Below the pieces are notes generated by a model. That model saw only the letters and a program-made list of their open reading frames with translations. It searched no databases and had not been told where the DNA came from. From Solobacterium sp. UBA3691 (GTDB taxonomy: Bacteria; Bacillota_I; Bacilli_A; Erysipelotrichales; Erysipelotrichaceae), in contig DFIS01000080.1 of assembly GCA_002372175.1 (NCBI GenBank), positions 1 to 39,664 of the forward strand: a stretch of DNA of 39,664 bases, read 5' to 3'. Both the position numbers and the translations under genes were made by a program. How positions within the stretch are numbered: position 1 is the first letter of the stretch; every line of letters begins with the position of its first letter. This document shows, one piece after another, positions 1-9,265 of this stretch.

Positions 1-43
1 TGTCTACTTGACAAGGGTCATATCATCCCAAGATTCTGTTTTA

Positions 44-493
44 TCATGTATTCATTTCGGTATTGAATTTCTTCTGCAGCTGTTTCCTGCATACCAGATA
101 TGCCGGTATCGCAAACAGTGCTGTAAAGATCCAGACCAATGCATTGGCACAGCATACCCCGGTAAAGCCAAACGGCCCTGCCAGGATATAACAGGCAAAG
201 GCTCTGCCCAGTACTTCTGTCATTCCGGTCACGAGTGATACCACCGGATATCCCATGCCCTGGATAATACCAGGTATGCACGTTGCAGGACCCAGTACCG
301 CAAAGCCGATCACAAGATTCATGAAAAACGCTGTGGCACCGAACCCCGCAAGCTGATTCAGGCCGAGATATCGGCCGACGATCATCGTATCCGCGATGTT
401 GTACATCTGCTGGAAAAGAATGCCAAGCCAAACCGGGAAGGCAAACCTGAGCAGATGCGTTAACGGTGAACCCGATGTCATATTATTGATCAT
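44..493 (-). pseudogene. Truncated MATE-family transporter remnant. The N-terminal ~65 aa is fused in-frame to the C-terminal ~80 aa of a MATE protein; the ~300-aa core is missing.
   Basis: The 149-aa ORF begins MINNMTSGSPLTHLLRFAFPVWLGILFQQMYNIADTMIVGRYLGLNQLAGFG, which parallels the N-terminus of the adjacent 455-aa MATE (MTKDMTVGSPLRHILSFAIPVLLGNLFQQLYNVADTLIVGRFLGLNQLAGVG). It then jumps to a C-terminal-like segment IIQGMGYPVVSLVTGMTEVLGRAF...AIPAYLVCRKQLQKKF, compare ILQGMGFSIASLITGITEVVGRII...AYPAYFILRKRLAQKF. It lies in tandem directly downstream of the intact paralog. Confidence 0.55.
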
Positions 494-508
494 ACGGGAA
501 CTCCGGTA

Positions 509-1876
509 TTATGCACGCATCAGTGCCTGCGCATCCTCAGCCGCAAACTTCTGTGCGAGACGCTTACGCAGGATAAAGTATGCCGGATATGCGAACAGTG
601 CTGTTAACAGCCAGGCCATGACCGAAGCCGAGGCGACCCCGGCAAAGCCCCACCACTTTGCAAAGTACCTGGCAGCGATGATTCGTCCGACAACTTCCGT
701 GATGCCGGTGATGAGACTCGCAATCGAGAAGCCCATGCCCTGCAGGATATTCGGCACTGTATTCACAGCCATCAGGAAGATAAACCCGGAAGTACTGATC
801 ATGTTCGCAAGATAACCAAGCCGGATGACTTCCTCCGGGGCATCCTTGACGAAGATACCGATCAGCTGTCTGCCGAAGAAGAACGAAACCAGCATGCCGA
901 AGATCCAGATGCCGATCTCCAGCATCGAGGCAGCACGCAGACCCTGTGATACACGGTCCAGTCTTCTCGCCCCGATATTCTGTCCGGCAAACGGTGCCAG
1001 TGACTGTCCTACCGCCATGATCGGTGCTGACAGGATACCGTAGATCTTGCCGGAAGCCGTCATCGCCGCAACCGCATTGGTACCCATCGAGTTGACAGCC
1101 ACCTGCAGGATCGAGATGCCCGAGGCAATGATCGTCAGGCGGATACCCATCGGTACGCCATGACGAAGCAGTTCCTTCGTATGTGCAGGTGAGAAAGCCA
1201 GATCTTCCTTATGCATATGCAGCAGGGGAACACGCCTGTATATGTGATACACACAGGTAAGACCGGAGATCAGCTGGGCAAGCACCGTAGCCAGCGCAGC
1301 ACCCCGTACACCCATGTTAAATGCCAGGATAAACACCAGATCAAGGACGATATTGATCAGGGAGGACATCACCAGCAGAAGTACCGGTGTCTTACTGTCA
1401 CCGAGGGAACGGATGATCGAAGCCGTATAGTTATACAGCATCGTAAACGGAAGACCCAGGAAGATGATCTGAATATACGCATGGGCATATTCGTAGATAT
1501 CCGCAGGTGTCTTCATCGCTGTTAACAGCGGACCGCAGAACACAGATACGAGTGTCGTGACTACAGCCGCAATGATCACAGCCATGCGGATACCGTTAGC
1601 CAGGTATTTCCGCAGTTCGTTATGTCTGCCGCCGCCGAAGCTCTGCGCGATCGGTATCGAAAACCCGTTGCATGTGCCGTTGCAGAACCAGATCACAAGG
1701 AATGACAATGAGCCGGTGGAGCCGACGCCTGCCAGCTGATTCAGACCGAGAAAACGTCCGACGATCAGCGTATCTGCCACATTGTATAACTGCTGGAACA
1801 GGTTGCCCAGCAGAACAGGGATTGCAAAAGAAAGGATATGCCTGAGCGGAGAACCAACCGTCATATCTTTGGTCAT
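509..1876 (-). CDS. MATE family efflux transporter (NorM/DinF-like), 455 aa
   Basis: Length and 12-TM hydropathy are typical. The N-terminal GSPLRHILSFAIPVLLGNLFQQLYNVADTLIVGRFLG MATE signature and a duplicated half-repeat structure are visible. Confidence 0.9.
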   Translation of the reverse strand: MTKDMTVGSPLRHILSFAIPVLLGNLFQQLYNVADTLIVGRFLGLNQLAGVGSTGSLSFLVIWFCNGTCNGFSIPIAQSFGGGRHNELRKYLANGIRMAVIIAAVVTTLVSVFCGPLLTAMKTPADIYEYAHAYIQIIFLGLPFTMLYNYTASIIRSLGDSKTPVLLLVMSSLINIVLDLVFILAFNMGVRGAALATVLAQLISGLTCVYHIYRRVPLLHMHKEDLAFSPAHTKELLRHGVPMGIRLTIIASGISILQVAVNSMGTNAVAAMTASGKIYGILSAPIMAVGQSLAPFAGQNIGARRLDRVSQGLRAASMLEIGIWIFGMLVSFFFGRQLIGIFVKDAPEEVIRLGYLANMISTSGFIFLMAVNTVPNILQGMGFSIASLITGITEVVGRIIAARYFAKWWGFAGVASASVMAWLLTALFAYPAYFILRKRLAQKFAAEDAQALMRA

Positions 1877-1987
1877 ACTGCACCTCCCGATGATACCGGA
1901 ATTAAAAACCGAATTGCTCTTGGTTATATACTAACGCAGAGAATTCGGCTGTATCTATCGCAAAAACTGCATTGTATGCGATGTTTC

Positions 1988-2584
1988 TTATAATACCAGT
2001 GTCTTTAATGCTTTATGCATACGCATATCAGGATCCTGGAAATGCCCTCCCGGATTCAGTTCATACGTTACCGTACAGTACTGTCCCAGAAGATCCCGGA
2101 CCTGTTCTGTCTTTTCTTCCACCGCAGACATGACCGGGTTCTTCGTCTTCTTCTCTTTCTCGCCGACGGAAAGGTATACCCGCTCACAAAGTACCGGATG
2201 CGTCTGTAAATACGCTGTAAAATCAGGAAACCACAGTGATCCCGATACCGAAGCAGCACCCGTAAAGCCCCGGATCTTTGTGACGGCATACAGCGAGAAA
2301 AGACCGGCCAGGGAATATCCCATCAGATACGCATGATCATACGTCTCTCCCGCAAGCACGGAAGCCACTGCCTGTACCATCTCATCCGCCTGTCCGCCGA
2401 AGTCTTCACCCTGTCTGAATATCTTCTGTGCCGGCCACGGTGACATATACATGTTCCAGTCATAGTCATAAATATTGACTGCCCGGATACCCTGCAGATC
2501 ACCCAGGATCTTTGCGGGATCCTCCTCCCGCATCATGATCACGAGATCTTTTCCTTCCCCGTATCTGCTTACCTTGTACTCCAT
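1988..2584 (-). CDS. alpha/beta-hydrolase fold esterase (putative esterase family), 198 aa
   Basis: A GYSLAG nucleophile-elbow (G-x-S-x-G) is present, with a downstream His/Asp-containing C-terminus. A GGAGGA RBS lies 7 nt upstream of the ATG (read on the minus strand). Confidence 0.7.
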   Translation of the reverse strand: MEYKVSRYGEGKDLVIMMREEDPAKILGDLQGIRAVNIYDYDWNMYMSPWPAQKIFRQGEDFGGQADEMVQAVASVLAGETYDHAYLMGYSLAGLFSLYAVTKIRGFTGAASVSGSLWFPDFTAYLQTHPVLCERVYLSVGEKEKKTKNPVMSAVEEKTEQVRDLLGQYCTVTYELNPGGHFQDPDMRMHKALKTLVL

Positions 2585-2650
2585 TGTCTTCCTCCGTTTT
2601 TACAAATCCCTTCATATCCGCTATGATTAATTTCAGCGGAGGTGATGTAT

Positions 2651-3352
2651 ATGACTTCTCAGAAAAAGAGATTCCCGCTGATCCGTTTCCTGGTCAGTCT
2701 GTGTCTCATAGTATGTGCCTGCCTGATGTGGGTACTGTATCATACGACATTGTTCGTCAGTAACCGTACAGCTCCCGAAGGCTATCTCGATATCAGTTCC
2801 TACAAACTGTATGACGAAAGCGGTAAGGCAGACAACGATCCCCTGCGCTCGATCGACGGCAGCTCCTACACCTGGTATACCGACATGAATACGCTTAAGA
2901 CGGCGGAAGGTATCGGTCCCGGCAGCTCCTGGGAAGAGTTCCTGCAGGCCTACGGCTCATACAAAGTCAAGTATATCGATATATACAGCGAAAACGCTGA
3001 CTACGAGAGTGATGAATACTATGCGACCCATCACCTCAAAGATATTACGCCCGAAGAATTCGACAGACGCTTTCTGCAGACCGGTATTATCGACCCCGAA
3101 AACGAGGACATCGATATCACCTTCGGTGTCTATGCCCGCGGTACGGAACTGCTGTATACACAGTCAGAGATCGATACTGCCCTTGATAAGTACTATGACA
3201 CGTTCTTCATGGTCGGTCCCTGGCGTTTCTCCCTGAGTCCCCAGTATCATACGGTCACGATGGACTTTGAGTTCCGTCCCATGAAAGAAATATACGGACA
3301 TGAGGACGAAGCAGGCTCCGTCCTCTATTCCGTCAGTATTTACAAGTACTGA
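2651..3352 (+). CDS. Hypothetical membrane-anchored, probably extracytoplasmic, protein. It has an N-terminal TM/signal anchor followed by a D/E/Y-rich domain.
   Basis: The ORF track starts at a GTG at 2642. A GGAGG at 2637-2641 with 9-nt spacing favours the ATG at 2651 (MTSQKKRF...). The hydrophobic stretch is LIRFLVSLCLIVCACLMWVLY. No recognisable catalytic motif was found. Confidence 0.6.
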   Translation: MTSQKKRFPLIRFLVSLCLIVCACLMWVLYHTTLFVSNRTAPEGYLDISSYKLYDESGKADNDPLRSIDGSSYTWYTDMNTLKTAEGIGPGSSWEEFLQAYGSYKVKYIDIYSENADYESDEYYATHHLKDITPEEFDRRFLQTGIIDPENEDIDITFGVYARGTELLYTQSEIDTALDKYYDTFFMVGPWRFSLSPQYHTVTMDFEFRPMKEIYGHEDEAGSVLYSVSIYKY

Positions 3353-6220
3353 TCACCTGACGATCTCAAGACCATCTACGGTATTCAGTTTACCCTCGGC
3401 TGCCACTACACATACGGCAGCCTTTTTCATGCCCTCTTCGAGCCAGTCCGCCAGCTGTACAAAGTCCTCCGGCGTCGTATGCAGAAGCTCTTCACGCAGC
3501 TTTTTGCGGTATTCATACGTAATACCGCTGATCTGACGCAGATCTTCAAGACGTATTCTGGACTGCGGAGACTGCAGCGGATCACCGGCTGCTACAGCAC
3601 CGATGATATACGCGTCCAGCGGGGTATCGCCCCTGGCCAGCTCACGTGTGAATTCACCCAGTGTCTTTGTGATATGGATCGTATTCGCCGGATCGGGATC
3701 ACGGAAAGAGTATGCGGTAAGCGTACCGTCAGCTCCCACGGAAAGTCCGGTACCGTAGGCACCGCCCTTGACTCTGACTTCATTCCAGAGATAGCCATAC
3801 GTCAGGATATGACTCAATGCCCTGATCGCTCCGGAGATCCTGCCGCCGACATCCTTCAGGTTGAACGAAGCTGCACTGTAGGCAATACCTGCAGGAATGA
3901 CCATGCCCTCCTGCTTTCTATCTTCGATCGGGAAGTGTACAACACCTCTCTCGAATCTCTGTGTCTGGTACTTATCCGAAAGATCGGTCAGAGCTTTCAG
4001 ATTCTCTTCACCGGTCATGCTCAGGATCATGCGCTCCCTGTTGAACAGGATATCCCTGTACATCTCCAGATTGGCGATGAATTCCTCAGCTCTTTCATCA
4101 TAGTGTTCATACAGATCACTGACCCAGCAGATCGAGGCATAGCCATCGAGGTCTTCCCTGGCACTGCCGCCGGCACTGCACTGTGACGCTGTTCTGATCA
4201 TCGCCGCAAGATGACCGCTGCTGATCATCGCCTGTCTGTTGGCTTCGACCTCCTGTGCCAGAAGAGCCCTGATCATCTCCTTGTCGAAGATCGTCTTCTG
4301 GGTGATCTCCCATACCAGATCCATCGCCGTCTGCAGGTTCTTCTTCAGTACCTTGCCGGTCGCATACAGCAGCGGAATCGCCGCATCACGGTCTTCAGGC
4401 AGGGAACTGACCGTTGTCCCGAAAGCCAGTCCGCCAAGGTCTCTGCGGATGATCTGGCGCAGTTCTGTCAGGGTATGATCTTCGGTCGGAAGACTGCCGA
4501 GCAGATCCGCGAACTCACCGACTTCCGCCAGTGACTTCTTCGTAATACCGTTCATCAGGAAGTACATGCTGAAGTAGACGATACCTGTCTTCTCCTCCGG
4601 ATACAGCATGACCGGTATGCCCCTGTATTCACGCTTCTCCGGTTCATAACGCATCGGTTCTGCCGGTACATCACTGATCTTCAGCTGCGGCAATGTCGCC
4701 AGCTGTTCCGGTGTATCCGGTGTCTCCTGCCATTCATCCAGGACCCTGTTGATCTCCACGAAGGCATTAACATCTTCCCAGCTCTCTTTCGCCTTCTGCA
4801 GACGTGCTGCCTCTTCCGCTTCTCTTTCTTCACCGAGCGTCTTTGACGGTATGGCTGTCAGAATATTGACATCTTCTGCCAGAAGTCCCTCTCTGATCAG
4901 TTCTTCAAAGTATCCCTGATTCAGCTTCTCCCGCAGCTCATCGTAGTAATGTCCGGCATCGAGATACATCGTCGGATCACCATCATACAGCCAGCTTCTG
5001 AGCATCATCTCGGCATAGATGACACCGCTGGGTTCCTTGGGCTCATGGTAGCGGAACTCCATCCCGTTAAGGACTGCCTTTACCTCTTCCCTGTCGATAC
5101 CCTTTGTCACAATATCCGTCAGTACTTCTCTGACCGTCTTTAATACTTCGTCCTTCTTCTCAGGATCGGTATTTCTGACTGACAGTGTAATATACGGCTG
5201 GATCATCTCATCCATCAGGGCGATCTCCACATCCTGCCCAAGACCGCTGTCAATAATAGCCTTCTTTAACTGTGTCTCATTACTTCCGGTCAGTACACCC
5301 GAGATCACATTCCAGGCGATCTGTTTCTCCGGCTCCGTGTAGTCACCGACGATCTTGGCCAGTGTTACTACAGTCTTGGCACTTTCATCCTCATCCGGGG
5401 CGATCTCATAGATTACCGTACGGTCTTCAGCAGGCAGGATCTTCTGCATATCGATATGTACATGCATATCCCTGGCTTCATATTCCTGCAGTACTTCATC
5501 GATCCTTGTCAGTACGGTATCGATATCAAGATCTCCGTCCAGGAAGAAGTACGCATTGGAAGGATGATAGAATCTTCTGTGATCGGCAATAAACTGCTCA
5601 TAGGAAAGATCAGGAATATGCCTGGGATCACCTCCCGATACATACTGATAGCAGGTATCCCTGAACATCATTCTCTGCAGTTCATCGATAATGATCTCAT
5701 CCACGGAAGAGAAAGCACCCTTCATCTCGTTAAAGACAACACCCTTGTATATCGGTTCCTCTTCAGGATCTCTGATCTCATAGTGCCATCCCTCCTGATA
5801 GAAGATATTCGGATTTGTATAGATCGCCGGGTGGAATACCGCATCCAGGTAGACATCCATCAGGTTCAGGAAGTCCTGAGGATTCCTGCTGGATACCGGA
5901 TACATCGTCTTATCGTTGAAGGTCATCGCATTCAGAAACGTCTGCATACTCCCCTTTAACAATTCCACAAACGGTTCTCTCACAGGGTACTTCTTCGAGC
6001 CGTTTAAGACACTGTGTTCAAGAATATGAAAGACACCCGTATCATCCTCGGGTACGGTCTTAAACGCCACCGAGAACGTCTTATTCTCTTCATCACGCTT
6101 TAACCAGGCAAGCTTTGCGCCGGAGTGAGGATGTTCCATCACGATCAGCTCTGCCTGTATGTCATTAACCTTACGGATCTCCTTAACCGTAAAACCATGT
6201 ATGATCTCATTTATCTGCAT
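3353..6220 (-). CDS. M16C family zinc metallopeptidase (insulinase/PreP-like), 955 aa
   Basis: An inverted zinc-binding motif HxxEH (HILEHSV) lies near the N-terminus. The ~950-aa length and four-domain organisation are typical of M16C. Confidence 0.9.
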   Translation of the reverse strand: MQINEIIHGFTVKEIRKVNDIQAELIVMEHPHSGAKLAWLKRDEENKTFSVAFKTVPEDDTGVFHILEHSVLNGSKKYPVREPFVELLKGSMQTFLNAMTFNDKTMYPVSSRNPQDFLNLMDVYLDAVFHPAIYTNPNIFYQEGWHYEIRDPEEEPIYKGVVFNEMKGAFSSVDEIIIDELQRMMFRDTCYQYVSGGDPRHIPDLSYEQFIADHRRFYHPSNAYFFLDGDLDIDTVLTRIDEVLQEYEARDMHVHIDMQKILPAEDRTVIYEIAPDEDESAKTVVTLAKIVGDYTEPEKQIAWNVISGVLTGSNETQLKKAIIDSGLGQDVEIALMDEMIQPYITLSVRNTDPEKKDEVLKTVREVLTDIVTKGIDREEVKAVLNGMEFRYHEPKEPSGVIYAEMMLRSWLYDGDPTMYLDAGHYYDELREKLNQGYFEELIREGLLAEDVNILTAIPSKTLGEEREAEEAARLQKAKESWEDVNAFVEINRVLDEWQETPDTPEQLATLPQLKISDVPAEPMRYEPEKREYRGIPVMLYPEEKTGIVYFSMYFLMNGITKKSLAEVGEFADLLGSLPTEDHTLTELRQIIRRDLGGLAFGTTVSSLPEDRDAAIPLLYATGKVLKKNLQTAMDLVWEITQKTIFDKEMIRALLAQEVEANRQAMISSGHLAAMIRTASQCSAGGSAREDLDGYASICWVSDLYEHYDERAEEFIANLEMYRDILFNRERMILSMTGEENLKALTDLSDKYQTQRFERGVVHFPIEDRKQEGMVIPAGIAYSAASFNLKDVGGRISGAIRALSHILTYGYLWNEVRVKGGAYGTGLSVGADGTLTAYSFRDPDPANTIHITKTLGEFTRELARGDTPLDAYIIGAVAAGDPLQSPQSRIRLEDLRQISGITYEYRKKLREELLHTTPEDFVQLADWLEEGMKKAAVCVVAAEGKLNTVDGLEIVR

Positions 6221-6284
6221 AGTATTCCTGCCATTTCTAAGCCCATGGGCAATCTATGGATATTGTACCAACGGATAAGAGAAA

Positions 6285-6326
6285 GAGGCAATAAAACAAA
6301 ATACTCCTGTTGGACAAGAGTATTTC
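6285..6326 (-). terminator. Candidate weak rho-independent terminator downstream of the TIR gene 6554..9184 and upstream of the M16 peptidase gene
   Basis: An 8-bp stem AAATACTC/GAGTATTT (6299-6306 and 6318-6325) has an 11-nt loop. On the minus strand it is followed by UUUGUUUUAUU. The stem is AU-rich, so confidence is low. Confidence 0.3.
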
Positions 6327-6553
6327 TTTGCTGTCTCTCCCTGTTACTGCGGGACAGATATCGATTTACAGGACAATCAGCCACGGGGATGGGATGCATC
6401 ACATGACAAGTAACACAAACTTCTTCAATGCGTATTTCAGCAGAGAGTATCCCGCTAGATGTATGAAGAATTATCAAAAGATGATCAACTTCCGTACCGA
6501 TGCTCTAAGACATCATATTTCTTATTTAGAAACTGTAGAATTATAATTGCTGA

Positions 6554-9184
6554 TCAATTGATTTTCACCCACATAGCTGGACGGATCATGTACTCGTATT
6601 TTTGTTTAACAATCGGAGAATATCCATCAACGTATATACCATACAAGCCAATGCCTCCATCATGTACTCCAAAAGCAGCAGTATAAGGTTCTTGACCGGG
6701 CGAGCGCAGCCACCAATTAGAACCATTAGTGACATCGTTGACATAAACACCTTTCCCGAGTGTATATGGTGTTGCTTTTGCCAATCTTTCAGCATCAGAA
6801 TTAAAATACTGCTGAGCTTCCTGTATTGATAACAGGAATATCTTATCCTGTGTATCTTTTCCCGGATCTGTATTGTACTCCGGATTCTTGTCTGCTGTCA
6901 CAGTGCTTGTTTCAATGAGTGATTGTTCTTCACCGGTAAATGCTGATGAAATAAAATAACTATTCAACCATTTTCGAAGTGAACAAGTTTGCCATGTACC
7001 ATTCTCCCTTGATGTATCATATGGCTGACTGTCCAATCCGTATTCACTGATCAAAAGGATCCTGTTATCTTCTTTTGCTAAAACTTTCCATGTAATAGCT
7101 TCTTTGCCATTAGAAGTACTCGCATCCTGTTCATATGAACCAAATGTTACTATTTCTCCGGGCTTGGCAACCATAACTGTAACATACGGATTTTCTTCTC
7201 TAATAGATGCTGCCAGTTCAGCGCTGTCTTTATATCCATTCAAACCCATCAATATCTCATATGCGCCGGCATAATCTCCATTTTCTCGCATAGCAATTGC
7301 GGATTTATACTTATTGCTTGGAATTACCGTTGTTCTTATGATCACAAAAGCAACCACACAAAGAACCAAAACAGCAGTAACTATGCCAATTATGCTCTTT
7401 TTCTTTTTACGGGAGATTTCTTCCTGTTTTCTCTGAATCGCATACTGTCGCTCTATTTCTTTGCGATTCTCTTCTGTTAATCTGTCTATCTCCTTCTGGC
7501 AATACTCTGAATAACCGCCGCTTTCCTGATAACCCTTAAGCGAATCAAATACTGTTTTTGCTTTTTCAAAAGACGTTATATCTGTTGCGGCATTCATCGC
7601 AGTAATAGCTTGTGTATAGTCCAGATTTCTCCTTTGCTCTGCCTGCTCAGCCAATGCCTGCACTTCTTTATCTGCTTGTATAAGGAAAGCAGCATAATTA
7701 CTCTTCACCTTAGAAATACTGTTCTCATCTGTCTTTTTAGCAAGGGTGATACGCTCGTCCAAAATACGGTTTAATTCTGAGAGTTCATTTTCCAGCTTCT
7801 TCTTTGTTTCACCTTTAGCGTATTGTAATGCTCTGGTCAGATTACGTTCTGATTCCAATTCTTTTTGCAGCTTTGATTTTTGAATTCTTCTGCTTTGAAG
7901 ATAAGAGTCAAATCCAAGATCATATTGATATTGTCTCAGAATAGCTTCTCTGTCCAGGTATCCGTCAATACTGTATTTCTGTACTGCTGCATTAATATGA
8001 TCATTATCTTCCTGTCCTGCTTTTACTCGCTGGATGCCGGCATGTTTATACTCTTCTTTGTAATGATTAAACAAAGCTTCAAGATTTGGCTGACGGTTTT
8101 TCAGCAGAAGTTTTCCAAGATATGCTTCTGCAGATTCAGGCTCCTGATTCAGTGCTTCTTCAAAGAAACTATCGGCTTTATCCCATTCCTTGTCCTCAAG
8201 AGCTATCATGCCTCTTTTGACAAATGCCGAGGCACCACCTGAAGAATTGTTCTGAGTAACCGCCTTCTGAACAAACGGGGCTGCAGTCTCCTTTATAACC
8301 ACCTTTTTGATTCCACGAACCACATCATTGATAAATCCAATCTTACTCATGTCCTGTGCCTGGAGATGTGAGAATTCTTCAGGCAGGTCATATGCATCCA
8401 TATCTCTGTAGCAAGGAATCAGCAGCTTGGTACGGTCTTTTTTCATCAATTTCAGGAAACGTGACCATTCGTTCTTTACCCATACTGCATTGAAATACTC
8501 CGGTCTAGTGCCAATCACCAGCATTACTTTTGCTGTATTCAGTGCTGAGAAAATATACGGTTCATATTCTTTTCCCAGTTTATCTTCCAAAGTAATAGCC
8601 GCAAAGAATACTTTAAATCCTTCACGTGTCAGTTGGTAATAGATTTCATTGGCAATCACACTATCCTGTGTTCGTTTCCCAGATTCATCCGTCTCCTTAT
8701 AGCAGATGAAAACATCATATGGATCTTCTTTCTGTGCAAGGGCAAGGATTCCGCGCTGGATCTCATCGATCTCTTTAGCCTGAGCTTCATAGATTCCTCT
8801 TTGGGCAGTATCTGCGTAATATAATGCGTTCTTATAATCTTCATCCGCAGTGACTGATTCATATGACGCACGATGGCATGTCGGAACTCTCTTATACGTC
8901 ACCGGATCTTCAACATACTCAATACCGTACTTACAGAGGATAAGCCCCCAGTATGCTTCAGCTTCTGTTTCACTCCTCTGAAGGATCTTTTCATAGATCT
9001 CTGCTGCTTTATCAAACTCAGAGCGCATACGAAGCGTATTTGCTCTGTTGAAAAGCGTCTGCAAACCTTCATCATGAACAGAAGGAATTGTTTGTCTGGT
9101 ACCGCAGAACTCACATTCACATACCCTGCTTCCCTCTATAACGGTTAAATCACCGCCGCACATCTTACATTTCCATACCACCAT
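6554..9184 (-). CDS. Zinc-ribbon + TIR-domain + coiled-coil + single TM + C-terminal DUF6273-like domain protein (876 aa from the ATG at 9184; the ORF track extends to 9214)
   Basis: The N-terminus CKMCGG...CECEFCG forms a zinc ribbon. The TIR core DVFICYKETDESG...FKVFF...IFSALNTAKVMLVIGTRPEYFNAVWVKNEWSRFL spans about 8315-8722. A long K/E/Q-rich coiled-coil follows. A KKKK-SIIGIVTAVLVLCVVAFVIIRTT TM helix spans about 7328-7396. The C-terminal domain carries ITWKVLA, CSLRKWLN, KIFLLS and WWLRSPG motifs. AAGGAGA precedes the ATG at 9184, and this start aligns with the paralog start MVALKCKMC. Confidence 0.85.
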   Translation of the reverse strand: MVVWKCKMCGGDLTVIEGSRVCECEFCGTRQTIPSVHDEGLQTLFNRANTLRMRSEFDKAAEIYEKILQRSETEAEAYWGLILCKYGIEYVEDPVTYKRVPTCHRASYESVTADEDYKNALYYADTAQRGIYEAQAKEIDEIQRGILALAQKEDPYDVFICYKETDESGKRTQDSVIANEIYYQLTREGFKVFFAAITLEDKLGKEYEPYIFSALNTAKVMLVIGTRPEYFNAVWVKNEWSRFLKLMKKDRTKLLIPCYRDMDAYDLPEEFSHLQAQDMSKIGFINDVVRGIKKVVIKETAAPFVQKAVTQNNSSGGASAFVKRGMIALEDKEWDKADSFFEEALNQEPESAEAYLGKLLLKNRQPNLEALFNHYKEEYKHAGIQRVKAGQEDNDHINAAVQKYSIDGYLDREAILRQYQYDLGFDSYLQSRRIQKSKLQKELESERNLTRALQYAKGETKKKLENELSELNRILDERITLAKKTDENSISKVKSNYAAFLIQADKEVQALAEQAEQRRNLDYTQAITAMNAATDITSFEKAKTVFDSLKGYQESGGYSEYCQKEIDRLTEENRKEIERQYAIQRKQEEISRKKKKSIIGIVTAVLVLCVVAFVIIRTTVIPSNKYKSAIAMRENGDYAGAYEILMGLNGYKDSAELAASIREENPYVTVMVAKPGEIVTFGSYEQDASTSNGKEAITWKVLAKEDNRILLISEYGLDSQPYDTSRENGTWQTCSLRKWLNSYFISSAFTGEEQSLIETSTVTADKNPEYNTDPGKDTQDKIFLLSIQEAQQYFNSDAERLAKATPYTLGKGVYVNDVTNGSNWWLRSPGQEPYTAAFGVHDGGIGLYGIYVDGYSPIVKQKYEYMIRPAMWVKIN

Positions 9185-9265
9185 ACTTAAGTCTCCTTCG
9201 TAGTTTTCTGGCAAAAGCTATTCCTATTACATTTTTGGTTTATGATTCACCTATTTGTTATATTT

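Noticed and set aside
1895-1945. An imperfect inverted repeat ccgaattgctct...agagaattcgg between the esterase and MATE genes, as a possible terminator
   Set aside because: The stem is imperfect, the loop is about 20 nt, and no U-tract follows on the relevant (minus) strand. The evidence is insufficient.
3479-4186. A 235-aa + strand ORF and several shorter ones antisense to the M16 peptidase gene
   Set aside because: They lie antisense to a strongly supported 955-aa gene, with no motifs and no plausible start context.
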